DNA of 63,999 nt, counting the filler, from Streblomastix strix (lineage: Eukaryota): the NCBI GenBank assembly GCA_008636045.1. It is 3 parts of 3 records of this genome, joined end to end, with 100 filler letters (N's around TTAATTAATTAA, not from the genome) between each part and the next. Parts side by side here need not be neighbours in the genome. Positions count along the whole stretch, not along the records: positions 1 to 21,764 come from SNRW01000355.1; 2 more parts are not named here. One strand, given 5' to 3'. This document shows, one piece after another, positions 1 to 13,629 of the stretch (positions are counted from its first letter, which is position 1; the number at the start of each line of letters is the position of its first letter). Position numbers and translations under genes: made by a program. The notes beneath the pieces were generated by a model. The model ran no database searches, had not been told where the DNA came from, and saw only the letters and a program-made list of their open reading frames with translations.

Positions 1-779
1 AACGTTACATTATTAAATAAATAAGAAAAACTTTTCGAGTCTGTTTAATGGGTTACGAGATAAAAAATAATTAATGAAAAATTTACCTATTTCCTATATA
101 AAAATTTTCAAGTTCGCTTATTTCTTCAGATTGAATATTTATAATAATCTCCCGTTTTCTATATAATAACGGTCTTATATAAAGTATATATAGATAATTG
201 TTGGATGATTAAAGATGGCGAAGTTACCTTACTCGGACGGACATTTTCTCCGAACGATATGTAATTCTAAAATCTAGATAATCACATTATAAAAGTAAGT
301 ATTTCCCATATCATCATAATACTTTTAATTATTAAAAAGTTTACTTACTAAATACATTATTTAATCTTACATAATGAATATTTATAAAAAAACTAAATAA
401 TTCATTTAATTTCAACAGATTCTATAATTTTTTTAAATTTTTTTTATATTTAATTATATATTAAAATCATAAATTAATATAGTCATTATTTTTAATGTAA
501 ATTTAATTATTTATATTATTATTTTATATTATATTTTTTATTTTGTTAGACAAGATTAACAATTAAAAGCTATATAAAAGATTAATTCTAAATTCAAAAG
601 ACTATTGAAAAAGATATTAATTTTTAATATTTTTCAAATTTAATGTTTAAATTTAATTAATTATTATTTATTAAACGTTCAGTACCATATACAAATGTAT
701 TGGAATTAATTAAAATAAATTTAAATTGCTTTTATTAATCTTAACAAACAATTTTTGCATTTCTTTTCAGTAGATTTTA

Positions 780-1760
780 TTCAGATCTTTTCCCTATTAT
801 TATTTTCTTGTTATTTTCTCTTTCTGGTGCTCTTTTATCTTTAACTTACCAAAGTTCACAATCTGGTGAATGTGCTAATTTAAATGCATCAGTTTATCCA
901 TTTGAAAATATTTATCCATAAATTTCATTTCTAATATTATATATAATCATGACTAAACTAATGAAACATTAATAATTAATTTATTAATTTTTAATTATCC
1001 ACTAAATCTATCATAGAGAAAGAATTTATTAACCCAAATTTCATTAAATTCTTTTCCATCTATATGATCACATTTAACTAATAATCTATATAGATCGTAA
1101 ATAGTTCCTATTATATTATTAACGTTTAATTTTAATTATTTTAAATAGATAGAAAATAATCTGAAAAATCTGTCCGCTTCGCTTTTAATATGTTTTTTTA
1201 CCCAGGAAATTAATGGTAAATTTTCCAAATTTATTATGTTTAGAGCTTTAAGATAGAAGAAAATAGTAGAAATATGAGGAACGAAAATTCTTTCCGTTAT
1301 CACTCCATATTTAGTATTTATGAAATTGTCAAAAAAAAATTTTAATTTAATAAATGTTTAAAGCAATCGTTAATGAAAACTGCGTCGTGAGAAAGTTGAT
1401 CTGAAAGATATGTGGAATATTTTTTCATTATTTTTCCTTGATAGTTGTAATATATTACCAATGTTATTATTGAAATTTATGTATTTTTAAAAATTTCTTT
1501 TGAATTATTAATTCTTTTTAGAGGGAGAATTATATTTTATTTGAAATCAATTATGATTATACATTCTTTATCTAAAACATTCAATATTTAGAAGTTATAA
1601 GATGATCTTTATATTGTAAAAGACTATTCTTGAGTAGAATATGTTTGCAGTTCCATTAATTAATCTAAATTTAAATTATTATTTTCAACACTTTCTATAT
1701 TTATTTTGTATATTACACAATATTCACATTTATCTTATTATTCTTAAGAGAATTCTATTT
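780..1760 (-). pseudogene. Degenerate Sola-like (DDD) transposase relic
   Basis: Minus-strand translation gives YQIWSDNGKNFRSSYFYYF...FTINFLG[frameshift]KHIKSEADRFFRLF (~1150-1310). This resembles the WSDG..QFKN and HGK...D motifs of Sola-type transposases and the element at 13431-17643. Boundaries approximate; no TIR found. Confidence 0.55.
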
Positions 1761-4239
1761 TACATTATATTGGAGATTTAAACGTCGAAAGTCCAATTTT
1801 ATGTTAATTTTCTTTCGTATATAGTTGAAATAATTTACTTATTTTTATAATCAATTTTAAAAAAAATTTTTTTCTTCATAATTGTTAAAATTAATTTAAT
1901 TATAAAAAATTTTAATAAATTAATTTTTTAAATTTAAATTTAATGATTATTTTTTTTTAAACATTTTCATTAAAATTCTAAAATCTAAAATTTATTTCAA
2001 CCAATCGTAATTTGGACTAAAAGTTAAATAGATTTAATAAGAAATGTAATAAATAGCAATTTTCCAAATAATAAAAATAAATTAAATTAGGAATTAACAC
2101 AGTAAAAAAAGTATGGCACTAAATTTCCTTTTAACAATTAATACAAATTCCATTTTTTTAAAAAAAAATATCAAAAAATGTTACTTCTTTAATATAAATT
2201 AAAATTATTTATATAAATATGAGGTTTTAATTAAAAAATAATAAGATCTATTTAGAAATGCTAAAATTTTTTATTGATAAAGAACATTTTAAAATTTCAC
2301 TAATAATCAAAGATATTGATTTCCTACAATATGACCATTGATTACATCTTCATCTTATAACTCTATCATGAAAAATTCAGATTAATTTTGCGTCAAACTT
2401 AACAATTTTTATTTCTCCCGCTTTGCCAAATTATGTTGACAGAACAAATAGGTTAGAGTTGGAAAAAGGGAAAAAAATAACGCAATTATAATTTTTTATA
2501 TATGTATTGTAAGGGATTCAATTTAGAAGCTATACTATTAATTTTAATGATAATTTAATTACTCTTCAATTAATTGATTATATCAAGTTACTACTTTTTC
2601 ACTGAGAGCTAATCTGTTATATCATGACAGACATTATTCAACCGTTTTGTTTTCATGTTTCCCAGTATGTACGATTTAAGCGCGTAAATAGTTCCAAATT
2701 TTTCCTGATGTTTAATTTAAAATTGTTTTTCAAACTATTGAAATTAATTCTAAATGTTTATCAAATTAAATTTCTTCGTTAACATATTAGCGCTGGTTAA
2801 ATTCGTCGTTTTCGTTCGTTTACCAAATTTCCACACAACAAATTTCATCAAAATAAATAAAAAAAAATAAATTTTATTTTATTTTATTTTGTTAATATCA
2901 ATAATTTTGACAATTTTAAGTGTTCAATAATGCCAAAAATATATTATTAGATAAAATATACACAACTAATTAAATAAAAACTTAGTAGATTGCAAAGAAT
3001 ATTTTTTATTGAAATTTTATCCTATCTTTTCTTATTCATAATTCTGCACACACAATTAAGATGTTTTGAGTCGGTAGTCAGTAATTAATGAAGATACAAT
3101 GATAAAATAAAGTATTTTTAATAATAATCATGATTAAAATCTTCTCTAGGCGAAATTCGTCAAAAAATATGCCTAGTGAAATCGCCAAAGCTAAATTTTT
3201 TGACGAATTCGTCGACTTTCAAATTATTTCACTTGTATAAATCATTATTTTATGATTGTATACAAATATGTTCTATAATCACATTACTAATTACTTATAA
3301 TAATTTTTAATAACCAATGCTATCATAAAACCGAATGAAACGAATTTTGATCAAAATTATTGTTCAATAAATTTCTTATTAGTTTTTATATTATTACTTT
3401 AATTATGATTTATAATTAGCGAGATAGGTATATATATAATGTATTAATATATTTGGTTAAAAAATTTAAATTGAATTAAAGATTCTTTTTGAATTTCGCC
3501 AAGTATTAAATTTTTTCGTTTCCTTTCGCTCTCATTTAAATAAACACAATGAATAATAGTTTCATAGTATAATATAGCACTCATTAATATCTACTAAATT
3601 AAGGTATTAATAAATAATTTAGTTAATGCGTATTATGAGTTAAGAAAAAAATATATGATCATTGAATTTTAATTTAATCTATATAGTTTGAAGATAATAA
3701 TTATGTAAAAATAACTTAAATTCATATTTAATTATTTTAAATATAGTTTTAAATATAAAATATATGTTGCCATATAGTTATACGATTTTTATTTAAAAAT
3801 CTCTTTAATTCAATATCAACAATTACATATATATTTTAAATACGCACTTTTCAGACGAATTTATCAATTAAAGTACTTTTCTTCAAATAATTTTAGAATT
3901 TTATCCATATATAGCACAAAATATTATTTCCAAACAATAATTTTAAATGTTATTTAAACATTTCATATTTTTATTATAAATTATTCTTTGATTATAATAA
4001 ATTCAGCACAAAAAATTCAAAATTTATCGAGTTATAATTTTGTCTGCATGTTTTTAGAGGAAATGTTATGTTTCTACTATTACTGAGTAAGTTATACAGT
4101 TGATTTTAATTTTTTGAAAAATTAAAATTAAACAAAATTTTGAATTAATGAAAAAAAAGTAATGCGTAAAGGATGTATAATTAAAAGATTAAATATAAAA
4201 TTTTGAGATGGAAAAAAAAATATAATTTGATTTTACAGA

Positions 4240-5020
4240 TATAGAAGATGAAATTGAAATTTAAGACAATAAAGAAGAAACTTAAAAAAATAAATTGAAA
4301 AGAAAAAGGAAATTTCATGAAGATGAACTCGATTATATTGATGATAAAAAAATAAACTTATAAGATAGTACTCCCAGAAAATTGATAAAAAGAGCAGCTG
4401 CCAGAAACCATTTATTTGGTTTATCTTCCTCAAATTAGCAGACATCTTTTTCAAATGATTAGATATCTTCATCAAATTAACAAACCTCAACTTCTAATAA
4501 TTTAATTTCTCCTTCAAAATAATAAACTTAATTTCAAGAATCATCATTATTAAATGATTTAATATCTATCAAATAATAATAAATGGCAACAAATTCTTTT
4601 AGTTAAGCTATTCAGATTGTAAATTCACTTCATTTAACAGTTTGGAAATAATTAATAGAAAATTTTTTAGTAATTCTAGCATCCGAAATATATTCTAAAT
4701 TAGAAACCGATTCAATGATTAATAATCTTAAAAAATCTTGAAAATTTATTTTGTAATGCAAAAAATCCACAAATAATTGACCATTATAGTAGATCGGCAG
4801 ATGGAATGAATAAATTTTGGGAAGGTTATTTTAAAAAAGATAACGATGAGGCATTTGTATTATTAGATTTTTCAAGAAGATTGTTTTTATACAGTAGCCT
4901 CATAAGCGGAAGGCGAAAGGGGATTTTCAAAGATCAAGCGAATATTTGGGAATAATAGATTCTCACTCTCAATTCAAAGGCTATTATCTATATTCCGTGT
5001 ATCAAATTTATGAGTTGATT
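4240..5020 (+). pseudogene. Degenerate hAT transposase, C-terminal part
   Basis: 4815-4985 reads FWEGYFKKDNDEAFVLLDFSRRLF[fs]TVASQAEGERGFSKIKRIFGNNRFSLSIQRL, like the hAT C-terminal dimerisation domain (W....L...A.R.L..PASSA..ER.FS......R.SL). Frameshifts and stops are present. Confidence 0.65.
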
Positions 5021-5254
5021 ACTTCAAAAATAAATAAAAGAGTTCTTTGTATTTACATAATTATTCCGAGTGCTAATTTATATTAAAATATATTAATCAA
5101 AATTCTCACATTGTTAATCCTTTATTAATATAAAAAGCTAGAGAATTACAGTACTGTAGAACTTATTAAAAAAGGACAAATTAATAAAAAATAGTTGAAA
5201 AAAGTGACTAAGTTGTAACAAATATGAATCTAACTGCTGCATATATGGTCAGAC

Positions 5255-8132
5255 TCATTGATACAGAAGTGGGTTCTCGGGCAAATATACGATATTCAGT
5301 GATACTTCCCCTGAGAACTCGTCAGGTTCTGCGTCTGTGTCTGAAATAAGCTGAAGGTCCAGATTCTGCGGGTTCTGGAGGAAATCAAGGAACTGATTGA
5401 TTTGGAAAATAAATAAATAAATAATGAATATAACGAATTAATAAAATATTTGAATATAAATTTTAATTAAATTAATAATTATTTATTATTATTTATATAT
5501 AATAAATAAAGCATACCTCCAAAGCCACACCAGCTATAAACTCTCCTCCTTATAATTCATCACCGTCAGTTCCTTCTTTTCTAACCCAGACTTCAACAAA
5601 CAAATCTTTTTCAGCAACTTTCTCTGGGTCGAATTCAAGAACAAACTCCTGATTAATAATAATCTCATTCTCAGCTCTTGCAACTCTTGATTTCTTGTCA
5701 TTCTGGCCCAACATCATCAGAACGAATACATCCTTCTTCTCTTCGATGACATACTCAGGTAGATCTCTAAGTGTGTTCAACTTTATCTTAACTATTCCTT
5801 TCACGAAATCTTTGTCTTGTTTCTTCTAATATGCTCCACGAACTGACAATTGATCTCTCTATGATCTTGCACTCTTCATTTCATCTCTACGGATGACCTT
5901 TAATTTGGTGTCTTTCGGTGCATAGACCATTTGGAAGGTCACTTTACCGATTCCTTTGTTTTGTTGCAGGTTCAGAAGTTTATGGACGTTTTCTTCATCG
6001 ATTAAGCCACCTTTCTTCTGCTCTTTTGGCTGGAGGAAGAGCTCTACGAACACAGGCTGGTCAAGAGCTGGGAGGATCTGTAAATAAATTGATAATATAA
6101 TATATAAATCAATAATTAAGAAATATATTAATTGATTCTATTAATATATATTATATATTTAATTATTATCCTTCATACATCAACAATCGCAGTTCCAATC
6201 AGATCATTGTTTCCAATATAATCGTAGTCATACACTTCAAAGTGCACTTTCCCACTTCCATTCATCTTAGTTGGCTCATATATAAACTCATACTGTTCAT
6301 CCTGATAATCGTAGTTGACTGTATTATGAGCAACTGAAGTCTACTTCTCATCTTCGCCCATACGAATCAGCACAAATGGATCTGCACTTCCAATAATATC
6401 CGTCTTTGGCAGGTCACGAACTGCGATATGGCTGAATTTGACAACACCTCTGACATATTTAGCTTTTTCCTCTTCTTCTTTCAATCTTTCTTCTTCCAAT
6501 CTTTTTTTTTCTTCTTCTTCTTTTTTACGTTTCTCTTCCTCTTCCTGCAATTTCTTATTAAGAGCAATTTTCTTGAGTCTTTCTTCTTCAGCTTTTCTTT
6601 CTGCTTCTTCTTTTCTTAATCTTTCTTCTTCTTCTTTTTGTTTTCTTCTTTCTTCTTCTTGTTTCTCCTAATTGAATTATGCTTCTGTTATATAGATCAT
6701 GTTCACTACAATTTTTCCCAATCCACAATCAGCTTCTGGTTTGGATGCATCGATTTTGGGTTTTGTTTCGTCCTTTGATACGTTTTTGGGTTGAACGAAG
6801 AGCTCAAGGTGGGTTAGTTTGTTGAATACTGGAAGGATCTGTTTGGATTATAAGTTAGTGAATTAATAAATGAATTAAAATATTAGAAATATTTATATTA
6901 ATTTAATTATTAGAAATATTTATATTAATTTATTTATTAGAAATATTTATATTAATTTAATTATTAGAAATATTTATATTAATTTATTTATATAAATAAT
7001 AATAAATTATAATCATACATTAACTTGCACATTACCGATCTGATCATCTAACCCCTCCCTATCATAATCCCAGACTTCCAATCCTACTTCTCTTTTACCC
7101 TTCATCAAAACTGGATCATACAACAATTCATAAGCTTCATTCTCAAAGTCGTGTGTAGTCTATCCAAAAGCAACTGAAGTCTGCTTCTCAAACTGGCCCA
7201 AACGAAGCAGGATATATGGATCAGCTTTTCCTGATACATCCATTTTTGGTAGATCAACTACACCCAAGTTGCTGAATTTAACATATCCTTTCACATATTT
7301 CGCATCTTCTTCAGCTTTCTTCTTTCTTTCTGCTTCTTCCAACTTCCTCTAAGCTTCTTCTTTCTCTTTTCTTTCACGATCAAGTTTCTCTTATATTTCT
7401 TTCTTCTATTTCTTATAATTCTCCTCTTCTTGTAGTTATCGCAATTTTTATAATCGAACTTTTTCTTATTCTGCTTTTTCAAGTTTTTCTTTTTATTCTC
7501 TGTTTGTTTTTAATTCCAACTCTCTTTCAAGGATTTCCTCTTCATCAGGGATTGCATATATCAGAGAGAAAACTACTTTTCCATCTATTTTAATTGGTGC
7601 AGGAGGAGGGGGTGCATTTCTTCTTGGGCGTGGATCAGTTCTGGGTTCGACTGTGAGCTCGCATTTGATCTATTTTTTGTAGGCGGTAAGGAGCTGAGAG
7701 ATAAAATAAAAATAAAAAAAATAAGAATAATAAAAATAATTATATACGATTGATTTAATAAATAAATTTTATTTATATTATTTCTATATATAAATAATCT
7801 ATCATAAAAATAAATTCAAATAATCAAACATCAACTTTCGCTACTCCCAGAAGCGTATTCTTTCCAGATCTGTCATAACTCCAAAGTTCAACAGTTAGAT
7901 CTTTATTTTCTTTAATCTTAGCTGGATCATAAATAATCTCAAATCTCTCGTTAGTATAATCATAGTTGATTGTATTTCTAGCTCTGGTGGTCTATTTCCC
8001 TGATGTTTCAATGCTCAGATCAATATAAGGATAAAGCTTGTTCCCATTGAACAATTCAGGCATATTACGAACTCCAATATCACTGATCTTGACTACACCT
8101 TTTTTGTATGACGGTGGATCTTTCTTTATCAT
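5255..8132 (-). CDS. Four-C2-domain protein with E/K/R-rich coiled-coil linkers; 5 exons (8132-7830, 7693-7019, 6838-6179, 6077-5517, 5392-5255)
   Basis: Repeated C2 motifs (KGYVKFSNLGVVDLPKMDVSGKADPYI..VWDYD..DDQIG; RGVVKFSHIAVRDLPKTDIIGSADPFV..VYDYDYIGNNDLIG). Four GT-AG introns at 7694-7829, 6839-7018, 6078-6178 and 5393-5516. Continuous ORF when TAA/TAG = Gln; ends in TGA at 5255-5257. Confidence 0.9.
6881..6990. repeat. ~27-bp tandem repeat (TATTAGAAATATTTATATTAATTTAAT) x ~4 in intron 2 of the C2 gene
   Basis: Directly visible tandem copies. Confidence 0.85.
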
Positions 8133-8159
8133 AAGCTCAAAAATTAAACCATCCAAGGG

Positions 8160-8180
8160 TTTTTTTTTTTTTTTTTTTTT
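8160..8180. repeat. Poly(dT)21 tract ~27 bp upstream of the C2 gene start codon
   Basis: Run of 21 T on the + strand. Confidence 0.9.
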
Positions 8181-10132
8181 GATAAAAACACAACTGACAG
8201 GAAACTGAATTTTTTGTTATTAGATAATTTAGTTTTTTTCAATTTTGGGGGCATTAATAGTCAATTTAGTCTAGGCCTTTAAATTATTGACTAAAAATTG
8301 GGGATTTCCTGACAGATTTAAATAATAGGTACGCGTTAATTTTGAGTATATTTTTCAACATTATAATATATTTAAGCTTCATTTTTAATGCTTTGAAAAA
8401 TCTTTAAACTCGACGATGGTGAGTTTCATATTTTTTCTTTTTTTCTCGATTTTACCATTCCAATAATTTCAAACTTCATTTTATTGATTTAATTCTATAT
8501 TTTTTTATTAGTTGGAATATTTGCTTACAAATATATCGTGATTATTGATCTTATATATGGAAATTAAGTACAATTTTTTTTATGAAATTTTTAACACTGT
8601 TTTCATTCTTACCACTGTTTAATTTTAACTGTTTTTAAATAATAAATATGTAATATATTATCTTTGATCGATTAATTTCATTTATTAGCAATTTATTCTT
8701 TTATTACGATAAAGATATACCTCGGAAAGATATTAAAAACTAAAATGTTTTGAAAAATAAACAATTACATATTTCTTCTTAAAATTTTAATAAATCAATA
8801 ATGTATTTCTTTTTATTTAGTTATGGAAATGTGTGATATTGATTTTTAAGAGTGACATATATGGGGTTGCTGGATATTATTTCAAAAATAAAAAATATTT
8901 ATATTTGGAAAAAATCTGAGCTAACTGCAAAAATGTACAATTAATCATTTTTTAAAAATACACAATATACATTATAAGGCTGTGATGAGGAAAATGGTTC
9001 AGAAAATGTGTGCTCTGCCCTTGAGTTAATTAAATTAATGTTACTAAAATAATAATTTATGCCTAAATCAGTTAAAAAAAATAAAAAAATTTTAGGTATA
9101 ACTATTTGTTCAAACGCTTTCAATTTTCTGGAAAATATTTGAATTGGGGGCGAATGAAAGAAAATATTAATGAATTAATTTAAATATTATTGTATGTCAA
9201 GTTGGAGTTGAAAATTTGAAAAAACTTCTTATTTTTTAATTAAATAAATTAATTGATATTTTCATATTTATTTGTTGTAAATGCTAAAATATTTTATGGA
9301 AATGCATAAATTATTTGTTTTTCAAAATTTTTGTCAGTAAGCGCGCAATTTTTTCTTGAAAGTCAAATCTATCAATTGGCAATAATTAAAAATATGAAAT
9401 TTAATTACTAAATCTTACAAAAATTAAATCAATTAATTGTACTTGATTTAAATAGTATATTGTAAAATACAACATGCAAAAAAGGCGATTCGTCTCTGAA
9501 ATTTCCTATTATGATTCCGAAGCAATATAGTAGAAAGTGTTGACAATTGTTAAAATTATGGTATTATATTTGCAAAAAATTAAAAAAATGGTACTAATTT
9601 TGCAAATTTAAATTTAAATGCTCTGAAAATTGTAATATAAAATTAGCCTAGAGAAATTATCATCATTTTTGGCTACAAGTTTTTTATTATTGAATCAAAT
9701 TTAATAAATCTACGTTTATCACCCCGTATAACACAATTTTTTAACAATAATCTTTTAAATCTTTAATCCAATATTTTTACACAAAAAGTAACACACTCTC
9801 TGTTTCTCAACAATTTTCAAATTTATATATATATCAGTATCTTCAAAAACTTATGATTCATGGCTTATTGACTAACAATTTATAAATTGCTCAAAAATGA
9901 CCCATTATACCTATTTAATTGAACTTTACATAAAATTAAGATTTTTACTGAAAAAAATTGGTTATTTGAAGTAAAATTTCAAAATAAATATAAAAATAAT
10001 TATATGCATAATTAATTTAATAAAATATTGTAATATACATTCAATTGAAAATTTTGTATTCGCCAAAAACTTTGCAATTCAAATAAAATATTTTTCTTAA
10101 CGAATTGAAGCCTATTTCATATTTTTAATATA

Positions 10133-10870
10133 CAGGGGGTATTTTTTCGACGTATCTTTCGCTTTTATTAAAACGTTTGAAAATAAAATAAATGATATGT
10201 ATTTCAATTTTCCACATATTCTCCCTATAATTCAATGCAACTGCGTAACCGGTCCATCCAGCTACGGAATGTAGCTTTCCACGTCCTTCTTGGAATTTCT
10301 CGCAAAATTTGTTCGATTTACACCCTCAGTTGCTCACGTGTTAAACGTCCAGTGCCTTCTAAAAGATGCTTCTTGTAGCCAAAAAGAAAAAAATCACATG
10401 GTGCTAAATCAGGAGAATAAGGCGGATGTTCCAAGCTGGAAAATTCGGCAATGTCCACGGATCGTTGAGTCGCGTGCGCGTTGTGGGCCGGGCGTTGTCA
10501 TAGTGTACCATGACTTCTGCATCATCTCTTTAATTTTGTTCTTGTTCCAATCTTCTCAATAGATAGATAATTCGCCCTCTGAACATTTCCGAATTTACAG
10601 TTTTTCCTTCTGGTAGCACATCAAGCAAAAATAGTCCCTATCCGTTGATGAAGACTGCCGCTATCATCTTCTCTTAGCCAAAACATCCTCGCTAGCTTTT
10701 TGGCCTCCTTCCGTCGAATTATATCCGTGTTCTTGCAAATGGATTGTTCAGATATACCCATGATTCGTCGTCAGTGAATAATCTTGCAAAATCATCCTCG
10801 GCGTGCCTCTGCAATATTTCGAGCATTATTGTTGCTTTGTCATGCTTTGTTATCCGTTGATTTAATTACA
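10133..10870 (-). mobile_element. 5'-truncated mariner (DD34D) element with one intact end
   Basis: Minus strand gives LFTDDESWVY, then HYDNARP[fs]HNAHATQRSVDIAEFSSLEHPPYSPDLAPCDFFLFGYKK, ending CIELQGEYVEN* (TGA 10204-10206). There are 34 residues between catalytic D2 and D3 after one frameshift correction. The terminus TA|CAGGGGGTATTTTTT at 10131-10147 is typical of Tc1/mariner. Confidence 0.9.
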
Positions 10871-12329
10871 TGGTAACAGCGATTTTGCGCGAGATTAATT
10901 AATATTTTTACATATATAATTATTTATACTCTGTTTCATAAGATTAAAAGCATAAAATTGCATGCAGAACTTCGGACTTTATCACCAAATCATCACGGTT
11001 CACCGAAACAATAACAGCACCAAACTGTCTCAAATTCAATTTTTTTTTAATTTAATTAAAATTTAATATTATTTAAAATTATCTGATTCATTAATTTTAA
11101 ATATTAGAATTTTTTCATAAAAAAATGAATCTTTTCATAAGGAGAACTACTGAAATATGATTTTTCTAACTGTAATTAAATTACTATTTAATTTATAATT
11201 TCGTTTAGAAACAAACAATTTTTATTAGTTTTAGATCGTCATGCAGTATTTTAATTAATTTATTATTAAATTCACGAAAATACTTCGCTTCTCCTTTGAT
11301 CCTGGTCGGTTTTAAAAAAATTGGTTCAATAATTATTAAATAATTTAAAATTTTATTTATCTAGATATTTATTGTAAAAATTTTAAATAAATTTTGATAG
11401 TTACGCGTAAAATTAGTAAATGATATAATTTCATTACAATTCAACGACGTAACTATTACTTTTATCATTTTCCTTTTATAATTATTAGCAAATTTCTAAA
11501 TTATTAGTTTCAATCCGTTTATAATTATTCCATATATTCAAAATTTGGCTAAAATAATAAATATCTGATTGAATGAAGAATTACTTTGAATTATTTAATA
11601 ATATTGTCTTAATAATGATAATTGTTTTATTTACGATCATTGCTAATTATTCTATGTTAATAATAATTATTACATCATTTTTAGATATATATTTGAAATA
11701 TAAATTTAAATTAATTCAATTGAATATTTACAAAATCAAATGAGTTTTGTATCATATTTTAATAATTTATTAATAATTACGAAATTATTTTTCTATATCA
11801 TTAAATAATTTTAAATTTATATTAAAAATTTTTTTAAAAAATCTAAATTTTTTAAATTATCAATTAAATATAGAAATTAAAAAATTAATTACATTTTTGA
11901 ACAATTTTAGTCAAATTTTAAATTTTATGACAAATTTCAATATTTTATGATGAATTGAGCAAGAAGAAATTTGAAAAATATTTTATCCAAGAATGTGGCA
12001 AAGGTAGGAAAAATTTCAAATAAATTAATTGAATCTTACGAATTAACTAATATTATTTTGTTCAACAAAATAACATTAGAATTAATAAAAAATATGTGTT
12101 AAATTATTTAAATTATTTGAAATATTTTAGTCAAATTTTGTCATTCGTTGATATATTCAGAAAAATTTTAAGATAAACTTTATAATATACCTTAATTGAT
12201 AAATGTAGAGTAGGCAAAAAATATGTCGAGAGCAGATTGCCATCGATCAAGGTATATGTGAAAAATATAATCATATATTCAAAAATAAAATTATTACAGA
12301 TATATAAGAGCAATTTGGCACACTTTTGC

Positions 12330-13110
12330 ATTTTTACTCGAAGCTGAAATGAACATTTCCAGATATTGAATTGATTTTTTGCGTTTTAGGTCAGTGGCTG
12401 TGCATTGCTTTCTAAAATAAAAGTCAAATCAACAAATTTTCAAACACTACGAAAAGAGTATAATATCATGTCTCCAGAATTCGGGACAATCGTAGAATGG
12501 AGAAAAGAATATTAAGAATTTGATACAATCAAATGTTTTGCAGAACCGACTGGAAGATAGTAGATTATAGGATTAGGGCCTTAAATTTCAAAAATTCAAG
12601 AAAATGATTCAAATACATCTTTATTTAGCTTATCTAAAATATTCAATCTTCATTAAATTACCATATTAAGAATAATTTCCGTGGAAATGGACTTTGTAAA
12701 AGAATTCTCTAGAGATGATATTCAGTTCATCAACCAACTGCCTCATAAAGAAACAATAGACTCAAGAATATTTTTGAAAGACATTCATGCACCTTTATAG
12801 AATGAATATTTATAGCAAAACAAGCCAAATATGGAAAAAATCACCTAATATTATGAAAATTCTCGGGTATGAACATCAAAAACACAAAAAGTAGTTTCTT
12901 GAAAATAGTAAATTTGATTAACTGTAACATCTTGCATATTCTCTTGACGTCGCACCATATGACTTCTTTAGGTTTGAGATTCTGAAATTGGAATTAAAAG
13001 AAGTTATAATGGCAAACTATTAGTAAACATATGATTAGGTATCTAGAATATTTGCTGAAACTCATCCTATTGTAAGGCATGATGATGACTATTATTATAA
13101 GGACAATTGG
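12330..13110 (+). pseudogene. Older degenerate mariner transposase relic
   Basis: N-terminal HTH-like PEFGTIVEWRKEY...EPTGR and C-terminal HLAYSLDVAPYDFFRFEILK (12927-12990), corresponding to HPPYSPDLAPxDF. Many stops and indels. Confidence 0.7.
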
Positions 13111-13629
13111 TGAAATTTACATAATTCTTTATATAAGATATGATTCTTTTTTTAGAATAGAAAATAAAAATTGATAAAATTTATATTCATATGGGTTAAT
13201 ACAAGAAATATGCTCTAGACATGTTTTTTTGCCTAAATTGTAATAATTTGAAAAAAATTTCTATAACTAATCTAAAAGTATACGCTCATTTATTGTTGAA
13301 TATTCAATTGGGAAAATGATTCATTTTTAATATAAAAATTTAAATATAATATAATATTATAAATTAAAAAATATTTTTTTTTTTTCAAATTGGGTATTTT
13401 AAATTAGGAAAATATGAAAATTAGACAATTATTACAGCGATCGCGATTTTCAATCATCATTCCATGACGAGCCTGGTCTTTGTAGGATTTTTAGGTCATA
13501 TAGCCACCGGCTGGGTTGCTGTATGAATTTTTTTTTATGATTAATTATAAATTTATTAAAAAAAATTTATTTTTTAAATATTTGTTTTTTGATAAAACAT
13601 TAAAAAAAATTAATTAATATAAGTTGTAA

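Noticed and set aside
1990..2760. Coding-like minus-strand sequence, possibly another transposase relic
   Set aside because: No convincing motif could be read by eye; left unassigned.
8160..8180. T21 as the poly(A) tail of a retroposon or processed gene
   Set aside because: No TSD or retroelement body recognised, and the adjacent C2 gene has introns; more simply a promoter poly(dA:dT) tract.
8390..9030. Possible small spliced gene starting ATG|GTGAG at ~8415
   Set aside because: No coherent spliced ORF or motif could be assembled.
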